This document shows, piece after piece, positions 1 to 8,172 of a DNA stretch of 18,857 nucleotides. A model generated the notes under the pieces. The model was not told the DNA's origin. It saw only the letters and a program-made list of their open reading frames with translations, and did not search any database. The stretch covers positions 1 to 18,857 of the forward strand of contig JAQBGU010000148.1 of assembly GCA_032128375.1 (NCBI GenBank), written 5' to 3'. The stretch comes from Deltaproteobacteria bacterium. GTDB taxonomy: Bacteria > Myxococcota_A > UBA9160 > SMWR01. The stretch's first letter is position 1. Every line of letters begins with the position of its first letter. Both the position numbers and the translations under genes were made by a program.

Positions 1-1
1 C

Positions 2-1030
2 GCGCGCCTGCGCGCCGCCGCAGCGGACAAGTCGGCTCTGTTCGCGCTGCTGATTGTGTTCGTGGTGGTGACTTTTCTCGCCCAGCAGAGTGGGGGGACC
101 GTCCAGGACCTCGATTCGCTTTCGGCCGGCATGCGGATGAAAAACGCGGCCGCCAGTTACGTGGCTTACATCGGCGCGACGATCTGGCCCAGTTCGCTGT
201 CTTTCTTCTACCCCCACCCCGGCGATTCGCTGTCATGGCCGTTCGCCATGGCATGTGTCGCATTCCTGTGTGCCATCACTGCGGCCAGCCTACTCGCGCG
301 CAACTATCCCTATCTGATCGTCGGTTGGTTGTACTTCCTCGGCACTCTGCTGCCGACCGTCGGATTGGTCCAGATCGGCGCGCAGGCGCGGGCGGATCGG
401 TACATGTACCTACCGCTCGTCGGCTTGTGCGTGATGGTCGCCTGGGCAATTCCGGAGACGCTGGGACGGCGACGCTCGCAGCGGGTGGCACTCGCGATCG
501 GGGCGAGCGCCGTGCTCGCCGCCTTGAGTATTCGCACCTCGCTACAGATTCCTGTCTGGCACGACAGCGTCGCGCTATTCGAACACGGGTTGAAAGTCAC
601 CTCGGAAAACCACGTTGCACACGCACAGCTCGGCGGTGCCTACCTGGCGCGCGGAAGGACACAGGACGCAGTCGACCACTACGAGGCGGCACTTCAGATC
701 AGTCCCGACTACACCCCTGTCGCGAACAACCTCGCATGGCTCTTGGCAACAGATGAATCGCTCGCAGACCGAAACCTCTTGCACGCGGTCGAACTCGCAG
801 AGAGAGCGGCTGCATTATCGGGATCGGCCGACCCTTCGATCCTCGATACGCTCGCGGTATGCTACGCCGCGGTCGATCGCTTCGGCGACGCCATCGAAAC
901 TTCGCTGCGCGGGATCGCACTGGCCGAGCAGGCGGACGACGCCTCACTGGCCGCTGAAATGCGAGGTCGGCTCGCGTTGTATCGGGCTTCACGGCCTTAC
1001 CTCGGTGAGAAATCGGCAGACCCGATGTGA
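2..1030 (+). CDS. TMTC-like multi-pass membrane protein with C-terminal TPRs (putative GT-C protein O-glycosyltransferase); 5' end outside window
   Basis: Frame is open from base 2 (ARLRAAAADKSALFALLIVFVVVTFLAQQ...), so the gene starts upstream. Several TM helices, 'LSFFYPHP', 'LLPTVGLVQIGAQARADRYMYLP' (resembles the ERxLYLP motif of TMTC-type proteins), 'W-HDSVALF', then TPR-like helices (AHAQLGGAYLARG...HYEAALQISPDY; NNLAWLLAT; LDTLAVCYAA). Confidence 0.8.
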   Translation, partial: ARLRAAAADKSALFALLIVFVVVTFLAQQSGGTVQDLDSLSAGMRMKNAAASYVAYIGATIWPSSLSFFYPHPGDSLSWPFAMACVAFLCAITAASLLARNYPYLIVGWLYFLGTLLPTVGLVQIGAQARADRYMYLPLVGLCVMVAWAIPETLGRRRSQRVALAIGASAVLAALSIRTSLQIPVWHDSVALFEHGLKVTSENHVAHAQLGGAYLARGRTQDAVDHYEAALQISPDYTPVANNLAWLLATDESLADRNLLHAVELAERAAALSGSADPSILDTLAVCYAAVDRFGDAIETSLRGIALAEQADDASLAAEMRGRLALYRASRPYLGEKSADPM

Positions 1031-1043
1031 CTGCGGGCGATCC

Positions 1044-2078
1044 TCAGCGAGTTGCGACAACGTGGACCGATCCACCGCTTCGGATCGCCGTTTCCCCGAT
1101 CGTCGCCGCCAACGCGAATGGCGTACCAACGATCAGCCAGAACCACAACCACGCGCGCGTAGTCGCATCGAAGGGCGGCGGTTCATCGACAGACCTGCGG
1201 TGCAACATCGTGTACAAACCGTTTCGCGGCAGCGAGGCGAATCGATTCAACACGCTCTGGATCCAGCCAAAGGGGTTCTGGCGCAGCGAAAAGTGGTACG
1301 CAGCGCCCACCGAGTACCCGGTGTCTGCGAGAATCGCGCGAAGCGCTTCGAGTGGGAAGTGATGGACGTGACGCGGAAGATCGAGGTGAAACCACGCGCC
1401 GCCGGTCCATCGGGACTGCAGGCTCGAGAAGTTGGGCACAGCGACGATCAATCGACCTCCCGGCTTCAAGATCCGATGGGCCGCCTCCAGCGTATCGCGG
1501 GGATCCAGCAGGTGTTCGAGCACGTGCCAGATGATGATCTCGTCGAAACTCTCGGCCGCGTAATCGGCCTCGGCGAGTCGTGTCGCGATCCGAATTTCGG
1601 CGCGCGGGTCCGCGCCTCGGGCTGCCTCGGCGCTAATTTCCAATCCGTGGACTTCGAACCCCCGGTTGGCCAGCGCACCCAGAATCACGCCGCGACCGCA
1701 TCCGACATCGAGAATGCGAGAGCGCGGAGCGAGGCCACGCGTCAGGAACGTGATATGGCGCTCTCCAATGAAGCGCACCAGGTTCTCGACCAACGGCTGA
1801 AATTTCGTGCCTGGCTCTCCATAGTACTCGTCGGGGTACAAGGCCGAGATCTCGTGGGCGTCGAGCATCGGGTGCAGCCGGCCCAGCCCGCACTGTGTGC
1901 ACACCAAGACGCGTGCCGTCAGATTTTCGATTTCGAAGTGCGGACGCGCAGTCTCGGCCGCACAAACCAGGCAGCGGGGAACAGGCTCGATCGGGCCCTG
2001 CACCGACCGCACACCCAGTTGATACAGCCCCATGTGGTCGGGCGGAGATTCGGACAGGTGAAGCCGTTGGCCGGTCAT
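1044..2078 (-). CDS. Class I SAM-dependent methyltransferase with N-terminal CxxC..CxxC module
   Basis: Motif I 'RILDVGCGRG', 'HGLEIS', 'WHVLEH', 'LKPGG', 'VPN', 'WFHLDLPRH'. CLVC and CTQC near the N-terminus and a hydrophobic C-terminal segment. Start ATG at 2078; the later Met of MGLYQL is an alternative. Confidence 0.88.
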   Translation of the reverse strand: MTGQRLHLSESPPDHMGLYQLGVRSVQGPIEPVPRCLVCAAETARPHFEIENLTARVLVCTQCGLGRLHPMLDAHEISALYPDEYYGEPGTKFQPLVENLVRFIGERHITFLTRGLAPRSRILDVGCGRGVILGALANRGFEVHGLEISAEAARGADPRAEIRIATRLAEADYAAESFDEIIIWHVLEHLLDPRDTLEAAHRILKPGGRLIVAVPNFSSLQSRWTGGAWFHLDLPRHVHHFPLEALRAILADTGYSVGAAYHFSLRQNPFGWIQSVLNRFASLPRNGLYTMLHRRSVDEPPPFDATTRAWLWFWLIVGTPFALAATIGETAIRSGGSVHVVATR

Positions 2079-2188
2079 CGAGTCGCCGGATCGTGCGGCG
2101 AGAATCGATGTCGGTCAAGGGCTGCGAATCGCGAGTTCGGTGTGAGCGTCGCGCGCACCGCTGTGCCGATCGCGGTACGAGTCCAAGT

Positions 2189-4003
2189 TTGAACGACGAT
2201 CACATCCGGCGCTCCGACCGATGGGTCCTCTGGCTCGGATTCGCGCTCCTGTGTGGGACCGCGATCGGAATCGCCGGGCGCGAACTCGATCGGCCGGGGC
2301 TGTATTACGACGAGGTGATCCAGGTCGAGCCAAGTGTCCGTTTTCTGACCGCCGATCCCGTCCCGCACGCGATTCCCGGAGCCTCGCAAGTCCGTGTGGC
2401 CTCGCGGTGGTTTCCCGTGATGACCCAACCGTATATGGGAGCCTTGAAGAGCCAGCTGCTGATTCCGTTCCTGGCGATTTTTGGAACGAGCCCGGCCAGT
2501 CTGAGATTGACCACGTTGGCGTGGAGCCTGCTGGGTGTAGGGCTGATGATGCTGTGGGCGAACAGCGCGCTTGGGCTCTCGGTGGCGCTGATCGCCGGAA
2601 CACTCGTGGTGCTCGATCCGAGCTTCCTGTTCGTCAGTCGACACGACTGGGGTTCTGTTGGGATTGGCTTCGCTTGCCGCTGCGGGGCGCTCTTGCTGAT
2701 CACACAGTCCTTTCGCGAACACCGAGCTGGCGCGAAGCTCGCGGTGGGCGGGGCGCTGCTGGGTCTCGGCATCTACAACAAGATTGATTTTGGCGTCGCG
2801 TTGATCGCGGCGGGGCTGGCGCTGATAGCCGTGCGCCCCAGAATCCTGACAGAGCTTCTGGCGGCTCCGCGTAGGGCCATCCTGATGCTACTCGGGGCCG
2901 TATTAGGTGCGGCGCCGCTGTTGACCTCGCTGCCACTGGCGCTCGCCACGACCGGCAAGGCATTGACGCGACCGGCTGGTGCCAGCGACTTCGACGAAAA
3001 ATGGGACACGCTCGTCGCAATGTTCGATGGCTCCTACTTCCACGAGCTGATGTTGTCGGGCGGCCAGTTCAAATCGATGTTCGAAACCGACGGTGCCACC
3101 AGCGTGTTCCCGGTATTGTTCGGATTGTCTCTTTTCTGGGTTGCCAACGAGGCCCGGCGCAGCCGGCGGACCGGAGAATTCCAGCGAATGCGCGCGTTCG
3201 TTGCGCTGTGCAGTGTGTTGATCCCGATCGGGGTATTGCTCACGCCGCGTGCGATTCGCATTCACCACGCTTTGCTGGCAGTGCCCTTCCCACAACTCGT
3301 GGTCGCCATAGCCGCAACAGATGTCTGGAACTTCACACCGAAAACAACCATGGCGCGGCACTGGATGCGAGCAGTCGCCGTTGTCGGTATCGCCACGGCG
3401 ATTTTGGGGAGCCTGCGCGTCGACCTCGCCACGCTGCACACGATTCACGAAACACACGGTAGGGGTCGCTGGTCGGATGCGATCGGCCACTACGCAGCCG
3501 AGCTGAAATCGCTCAATCCCACACCGATCGCTGTGAGCCTCGACTGGGGCCTGTATCTGCCGCTGCGCTTTGCCGATCGTAGCTTGACGCTCGTCGAACC
3601 CATTTGGCAACTCGCCGCGCAGCACGCGCCGGTACCGTGGACCTTCGAGGGGAGCGAGCATCACGTCTATCTGCTGTTCGAGCCGCAGTTCGCGGTCTTC
3701 CGTTTCGGCCAGCAGTTCCTCGATGCCGTCGACCGGCTCCCTTCGGACCGGGTCAGAATTCGGCACCACGGCGACGCGAGCGGAGACCCGGTATTCGTGT
3801 CGGTTCGGTTGCTCGCGCCCCACCGACTTCGCTACACCGGAAAGTTCCAGATCAGCTGGACGTCGATCGTCGATCCGCGCGCGAGTGGCAGATTTCAGTC
3901 CACTGAAGGCGAGGAAGGGGAAGAACGTGAATCAGACGAACCGGACGACGAAATGGGAGCGGCGAAACTCCCCATCGCCGGGTTGGCCGCGACGAACGGA
4001 TAG
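2189..4003 (+). CDS. GT-C fold integral membrane glycosyltransferase (ArnT/PMT, family 39/83-like)
   Basis: TM1 followed by the acidic loop motif 'RPGLYYDEV', then 'PYMGALK', 'SLRL', 'DPSF...HDWG', 'GLGIYNK', many TM helices and a soluble C-terminal domain. The track start at 1895 overlaps the divergent methyltransferase and is unlikely. TTG 2189 chosen; ATG 2108 is an alternative. Confidence 0.78.
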   Translation: MNDDHIRRSDRWVLWLGFALLCGTAIGIAGRELDRPGLYYDEVIQVEPSVRFLTADPVPHAIPGASQVRVASRWFPVMTQPYMGALKSQLLIPFLAIFGTSPASLRLTTLAWSLLGVGLMMLWANSALGLSVALIAGTLVVLDPSFLFVSRHDWGSVGIGFACRCGALLLITQSFREHRAGAKLAVGGALLGLGIYNKIDFGVALIAAGLALIAVRPRILTELLAAPRRAILMLLGAVLGAAPLLTSLPLALATTGKALTRPAGASDFDEKWDTLVAMFDGSYFHELMLSGGQFKSMFETDGATSVFPVLFGLSLFWVANEARRSRRTGEFQRMRAFVALCSVLIPIGVLLTPRAIRIHHALLAVPFPQLVVAIAATDVWNFTPKTTMARHWMRAVAVVGIATAILGSLRVDLATLHTIHETHGRGRWSDAIGHYAAELKSLNPTPIAVSLDWGLYLPLRFADRSLTLVEPIWQLAAQHAPVPWTFEGSEHHVYLLFEPQFAVFRFGQQFLDAVDRLPSDRVRIRHHGDASGDPVFVSVRLLAPHRLRYTGKFQISWTSIVDPRASGRFQSTEGEEGEERESDEPDDEMGAAKLPIAGLAATNG

Positions 4004-5028
4004 AGCGCGTCGGCGGCAATCTGGTGGCCTATCTCGTTGGGATGCTGATCGCTGGGGTGAACCCACAGATCAGTGTCGGTTTGTCCAAGAAAGGCGGAAA
4101 GCAGATCGAGCACGTCGATATCGTTGTTCTGGCAATAGGTCGCAACCATATCGTGGAATTCTGAAAATGGATATCCGGCGCCGAGTCGGTACATGAAGGG
4201 GAAAATCGCCAGCTGAAATTCGGCGCCCGCCGACCGGGCCATGTCGCGAGCTTCACCGAGTCGTTTCATGCTTCGCTTCCACTTATTGCGCTGCCCCTTG
4301 GAAAGGCCCACCAACTGATCGATGTATCGTCGCGCGAGGATCTGTCGACCCACCCGCGCATACAGGTAACTCGCCAGAAAGGAGCCCCTGATCCAGCGCT
4401 TTTCGTACTGCTTTGTGAAATTTTCCCAGAGGTCGAGCCCGCCAGCGCCAGCGTCGTTGAGAACGTAGAGCCAGAGAATCAAGTCGGGCCCGAGCGCCAT
4501 ACCGCGGTGGCGCAGGTAGCTGAGCTCTGAAAGAGTGCCCGCGCCGCCCACACCGAGATTCAAGACCTCTACCGGCGCGGTACCCTCGCGTTCGTTCAAT
4601 CGCTGTTCCAACCTCTCGCCCAACGTCTGCTCGAACCGCACACCTTCGCCGAAGGCGAACGAGTCGCCGATGAGGACGATTCGCCGCACACCGCGCGGCT
4701 TCTCCAACGGATAGTCGGGTCCTCGAAACCCGTAACCGTTGATCCGGTAACGCAGTCCCCCGGTCTCATCGAAATAACCACGCGGGTTGCTGTCGTATTT
4801 CAATTCGAAGCTCGTATTGGGCGCGAACTGAATGCCAACGTCCGGTAGGCGCTGAGCATCGGGGATCAGCGCGTGTTCCCAGTCACGCGTTCGCGGTTTG
4901 TGGTAGCCGCGCAGGTCGAGTACGCGGAACCCCAGCTCGAGCGCGCCCAAGGCAACCGCGGTCGCAACAAATGCCAGCAGTGCGTTGTACGTCCCATTGC
5001 GGCTTCGATTCGAAATCTCGACCCCCAC
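3895..5028 (-). CDS. Membrane-anchored SGNH/GDSL hydrolase family protein (esterase/acyltransferase)
   Basis: N-terminal TM ending 'LELGFR', 'RINGYGFRG', block I 'IVLIGDSFAFG', block II 'NLGVGG', block III 'YVLND', block V 'DQHPNEIGH'. GTG start. Confidence 0.88.
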   Translation of the reverse strand: MGVEISNRSRNGTYNALLAFVATAVALGALELGFRVLDLRGYHKPRTRDWEHALIPDAQRLPDVGIQFAPNTSFELKYDSNPRGYFDETGGLRYRINGYGFRGPDYPLEKPRGVRRIVLIGDSFAFGEGVRFEQTLGERLEQRLNEREGTAPVEVLNLGVGGAGTLSELSYLRHRGMALGPDLILWLYVLNDAGAGGLDLWENFTKQYEKRWIRGSFLASYLYARVGRQILARRYIDQLVGLSKGQRNKWKRSMKRLGEARDMARSAGAEFQLAIFPFMYRLGAGYPFSEFHDMVATYCQNNDIDVLDLLSAFLGQTDTDLWVHPSDQHPNEIGHQIAADALYPFVAANPAMGSFAAPISSSGSSDSRSSPSSPSVD

Positions 5029-5126
5029 GCCTGCGCCGCCCTGTTTGCCAACTCGAGCTTCGACCTATAGTTCGGAATCGACAGGAGGCCAAGCCCGGCC
5101 AAAGGATACGGACGGTCGCTCGACAG

Positions 5127-6806
5127 ATGCCCGGGACGCCGCAACGCGAGAGACGCGAGATCTTCTTCTTCGCTGCGTGTCTACCGCTCGCCGTTCTCGC
5201 GATCTGCGTGCTGTTCTACCCGCACACGCAGGAAGACGCTTTCATCACGTTTCGCTATTCCCAACACCTCGCTCACGGGTTCGGTATCGGTGCCTGGAAC
5301 CTGACCACCGAACGAGTCGAAGGTTACACACCGACGCTGTGGATGCTCGGGCTCGGCGCGGGCACAGCAATCGGCCTGCGCATCGAAACGTTGGCCAAAG
5401 CGGTCGGGATCGCCGCACAGCTCGGCTTGTGTGGGTTGCTGATGTATTTCCCGCGCATTCGAGACTCGTCACGCGCGAATACGGACGCGCTGTTGGGCGG
5501 TGACCCAGACGTCTTCACGATCGCGGCACTTTCGGTTGGCCTGTATCTGCCGGCTTGTTTCTACGCGACATCGGGGATGGAAGCTACCAGCTTCGCGTTC
5601 CTGGTGGGCCTCGCAATGCTGGTTCCGTTCTGCACAGAAAATGCGCTCGTGATCGGCTTGATCTTCGCCGCCCTGGTCTCGATGCGACCCGAAGGCGCGC
5701 TGGTCGGTGGTATCTTCGCGGCGCTGCACGCATGCCTCGCGCGGATCAGTGGCCGGCCGGTCGGGGCCAGTGTCGGCGCTTTCGTTGGCCTGATCGGTGC
5801 ATTCGCTGCACTGACCGCGTTTCGGCTGGTGTGGTTCGGTGAGCTGGTTCCGAACACCTACTTCGCCAAGACTTTCGGTGGTGGTGCGTTGTTGCCCAGG
5901 TTCGGCCTGATCTACCTGGCGGATTGGGGCGCCCACCATCTCTTCTGGGCCGCCCTGCTGCTTGCCACATCGGCCGGACTCGTCGTGTCGATTCGACGCA
6001 GGGGGATCACGGAAAACCTCGCGATGTTTTCGGTGCTGCTGCTGGCAGGTGTCTATGTCTTCTACGTGTATCGGGTAGGCGGCGACAATCCGACCGCATT
6101 CCCCTGGTGGCGGCAACTGCTCCACGCGGGACCGGTCTTCGCGTTGATCGTCGGCTCCGGGATCTGCACCCTGACCTCCAACCGAAAGGCTCGGTTCGCG
6201 CTGGCGGCCGTTGTGATCGCGACGACCAACTACCAGATACTCGGCGCATACCATGGGAAAATGTCGGAACTCATCCGCGAGTCGCTGGCCTCCTTCCCCA
6301 GCTTGCGTCACACGCCTCACAATGCGTTTTATCTGTGGCTTTCGGATTTTTCCGATTCGCAGACGGTGATCGCGAGCGCAGAAGCCGGCGAACTGCCTTT
6401 TGTCGTCGACGCGACCCACATTGATATGCTCGGGCTCAACGACCGCGAAATTGCTCACCGCGGGCGTTTCGACCCGGACGGCCCGATCGATTCGAAAAGC
6501 GACGTCGATTCGGTGATGCGCAGGCGGCCTGACATCATCCAATCGACTCTGCGTTCGAAGCGCTTCGAACAGGTATCGCCTCGCGGCAACCGCATCTTAC
6601 ACCGCAGCGAGATGGCGGCCGCACTCCTGAACCATCCGAGTTTCGTCTCCGAATACCTGTTCGTCCGCAATGCTCCCTACGCGGCGCACGACCGGGCCCT
6701 GTTCTTGCGACGCGACTACTGGGCCAATCATCCAAAGCGAGACCTGATGGACTGCATCGCGGTCCACCAGACCGCCATCTACCCGCCGCGATCGATCAGT
6801 CCCTAG
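5127..6806 (+). CDS. AftB-like GT-C integral membrane glycosyltransferase
   Basis: 'QEDAFITFRYSQHLAHGFG..WN...ERVEGYTPTLW' after TM1, then 'SGME', 'RPEG', 'FGELVPNTYFAK', 'GGD', 'AGELPF...IDMLGLND'. This pattern is recognised from arabinofuranosyltransferase AftB-like membrane proteins. ATG 5127 chosen because the track start 4971 overlaps the divergent SGNH gene. Confidence 0.75.
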   Translation: MPGTPQRERREIFFFAACLPLAVLAICVLFYPHTQEDAFITFRYSQHLAHGFGIGAWNLTTERVEGYTPTLWMLGLGAGTAIGLRIETLAKAVGIAAQLGLCGLLMYFPRIRDSSRANTDALLGGDPDVFTIAALSVGLYLPACFYATSGMEATSFAFLVGLAMLVPFCTENALVIGLIFAALVSMRPEGALVGGIFAALHACLARISGRPVGASVGAFVGLIGAFAALTAFRLVWFGELVPNTYFAKTFGGGALLPRFGLIYLADWGAHHLFWAALLLATSAGLVVSIRRRGITENLAMFSVLLLAGVYVFYVYRVGGDNPTAFPWWRQLLHAGPVFALIVGSGICTLTSNRKARFALAAVVIATTNYQILGAYHGKMSELIRESLASFPSLRHTPHNAFYLWLSDFSDSQTVIASAEAGELPFVVDATHIDMLGLNDREIAHRGRFDPDGPIDSKSDVDSVMRRRPDIIQSTLRSKRFEQVSPRGNRILHRSEMAAALLNHPSFVSEYLFVRNAPYAAHDRALFLRRDYWANHPKRDLMDCIAVHQTAIYPPRSISP

Positions 6807-6872
6807 GCAATCGAGAATTCTCTCGGCAATGACGTTCTTTTGGATGTTAGACGATCCGCCGCCAATCAAGAC
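6796..6872 (-). pseudogene. Remnant of an acyl-CoA dehydrogenase 3' end with a 1-bp deletion
   Basis: Minus strand reads VLIGGGSSNIQKNVIAERIL followed by 'ga ttg cct agg gac tga'. Restoring one base (gga) gives ...ERILGLPRD*, the typical FadE-type ACAD C-terminus. The rest of the gene is absent. Confidence 0.72.
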
Positions 6873-6924
6873 TCGGGCCAGCCACCATCGCGGCCGACCA
6901 ACCAGACCCCGATCGTTACCAGCA

Positions 6925-7052
6925 GGCCTGCGACTGAAGCGGCCTAACCCGTAGATCACCGCGGTGCCGGTCGCGAGCGACAGCATTCTGTACACGAACC
7001 AGTGTTCGTGCTCGCCCATTGCGCGAATGAAGATTGTATTGAGGATGTGGTC
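6925..7052 (-). pseudogene. Possible internal fragment of another GT-C membrane glycosyltransferase
   Basis: Reads DHILNTIFIRAMGEHEHWFVYRMLSLATGTAVIYGLGRFSRR. This resembles the 'NHxLNT...W..YRL.S...G' first-loop/TM2 region of family-39-like GT-C proteins (recognition by eye only). Confidence 0.4.
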
Positions 7053-7146
7053 GGGTGCACAGTCATCGGCGCGACCGTAGCATTTCGTTATTGACGGGCT
7101 GGATGCGGTTGCGACGGTTTGTGCAAGATGCAGCCTGAGATATCGC

Positions 7147-8172
7147 CTAGCCGGTCTTCTTGCCCCAGACGTATCGCGCCGCGCCGCCGGGCAGAAACGC
7201 AGCTTCCCCGACGGTGTCGAAACCCACCGCGGCCAGGCTCGCGTGGACCTCCGCGAGATCGGGTAGTCCGTAAAGGTTGTTGTGCGAACGCAAGAACAGA
7301 TCGAATGCGGCCGTCGTCGCCGTCAGACCGCTGACTCGCGCGGCCAATTCACCGCTGATAAACGGAATCTGAATTGCGAAGACGCCCCCATCTGCCAGGC
7401 GGGACCGCACCCGTTCGAACAGTGCTTCGCGAGTGCTGGGCGGGAAATAGTACAAGTTGTTGTTGAGCAGGATCAGATCGAACGAGCCGGCATCGATTTC
7501 TACCGACATGAAATCGCCGACCCGGATCTCGGTCCGCCGAAGAAGGTCCGCTGCCCGAAGATTGCGGTTGGCGATCACGGCGACATCGGGATCCTGCTCG
7601 ATTCCAAGCCCGTATGCATCGCGGTATCGCAACAAGAGGCGCGTCAGGTAAGTTCCGCATCCGCAGCCGATGTCGAGCACCCGCTTGGCGGATCGGGCAC
7701 CCGGGATTCGCGCCAGCGCCTCCAGCGCCTGAGGTTCCACCAGCCTGGCCACTTGCGCGGCGCGGCGCGCGTGCGTCGACCCATCGAAGTCCGGTCGCTC
7801 GCCGCCCCGAAGCATTTCCGCCATGCGTTCGAAGGCCGAACCGTGGTTTTCGACCGCACTCTCGACGAGCGCCACCAACGACTCGGATTGAGCCGACTCG
7901 AGTAGCCAGCGCCCGAGACCGCACACCTGGTACGCGCGTTTCCGCTCGCGAACAACGCGAATCAGGTCGTGTGCCTCAGCGGCTCGCAGCCACGCCTGGA
8001 GCAAATCCGGAGCCAGCCGGTAGTCGCGCGCCAGCTCATTGGCGGTCCTCGGCACGCGCAGTGCCTCGAGAAGCTCCAGCTGGATCCCGGTCCTCAGCAA
8101 GTGGGTTCGGGCGAACCCCGCCAACATCTGACGTAACGATCGCTCGTACCACTGGTGCGGGAGCCGGTTCAT
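7147..8172 (-). CDS. Class I SAM-dependent methyltransferase with N-terminal winged-helix/dimerisation domain (O-methyltransferase-like)
   Basis: N-terminal 'ELLEAL...TANELA...LLQAWLRAA'; motif I 'RVLDIGCGCG', 'GIEQD', 'GDF', 'FDLI', 'LYYF', 'LADGG'. Its ATG overlaps the pcrA stop (ATGA at 8172-8169). Confidence 0.87.
   Translation of the reverse strand: MNRLPHQWYERSLRQMLAGFARTHLLRTGIQLELLEALRVPRTANELARDYRLAPDLLQAWLRAAEAHDLIRVVRERKRAYQVCGLGRWLLESAQSESLVALVESAVENHGSAFERMAEMLRGGERPDFDGSTHARRAAQVARLVEPQALEALARIPGARSAKRVLDIGCGCGTYLTRLLLRYRDAYGLGIEQDPDVAVIANRNLRAADLLRRTEIRVGDFMSVEIDAGSFDLILLNNNLYYFPPSTREALFERVRSRLADGGVFAIQIPFISGELAARVSGLTATTAAFDLFLRSHNNLYGLPDLAEVHASLAAVGFDTVGEAAFLPGGAARYVWGKKTG

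Noticed and set aside
615..2192. 525-aa plus-strand ORF (also 5469-6542 and 2903-3823 on the minus strand)
   Set aside because: They overlap well-supported genes, are Arg-rich with composition typical of off-frame translation, and show no family motifs.
6597..7019. 140-aa minus-strand ORF as a real gene
   Set aside because: Better explained as fused relics of two genes reading through a frameshift into the antisense of the AftB-like gene.
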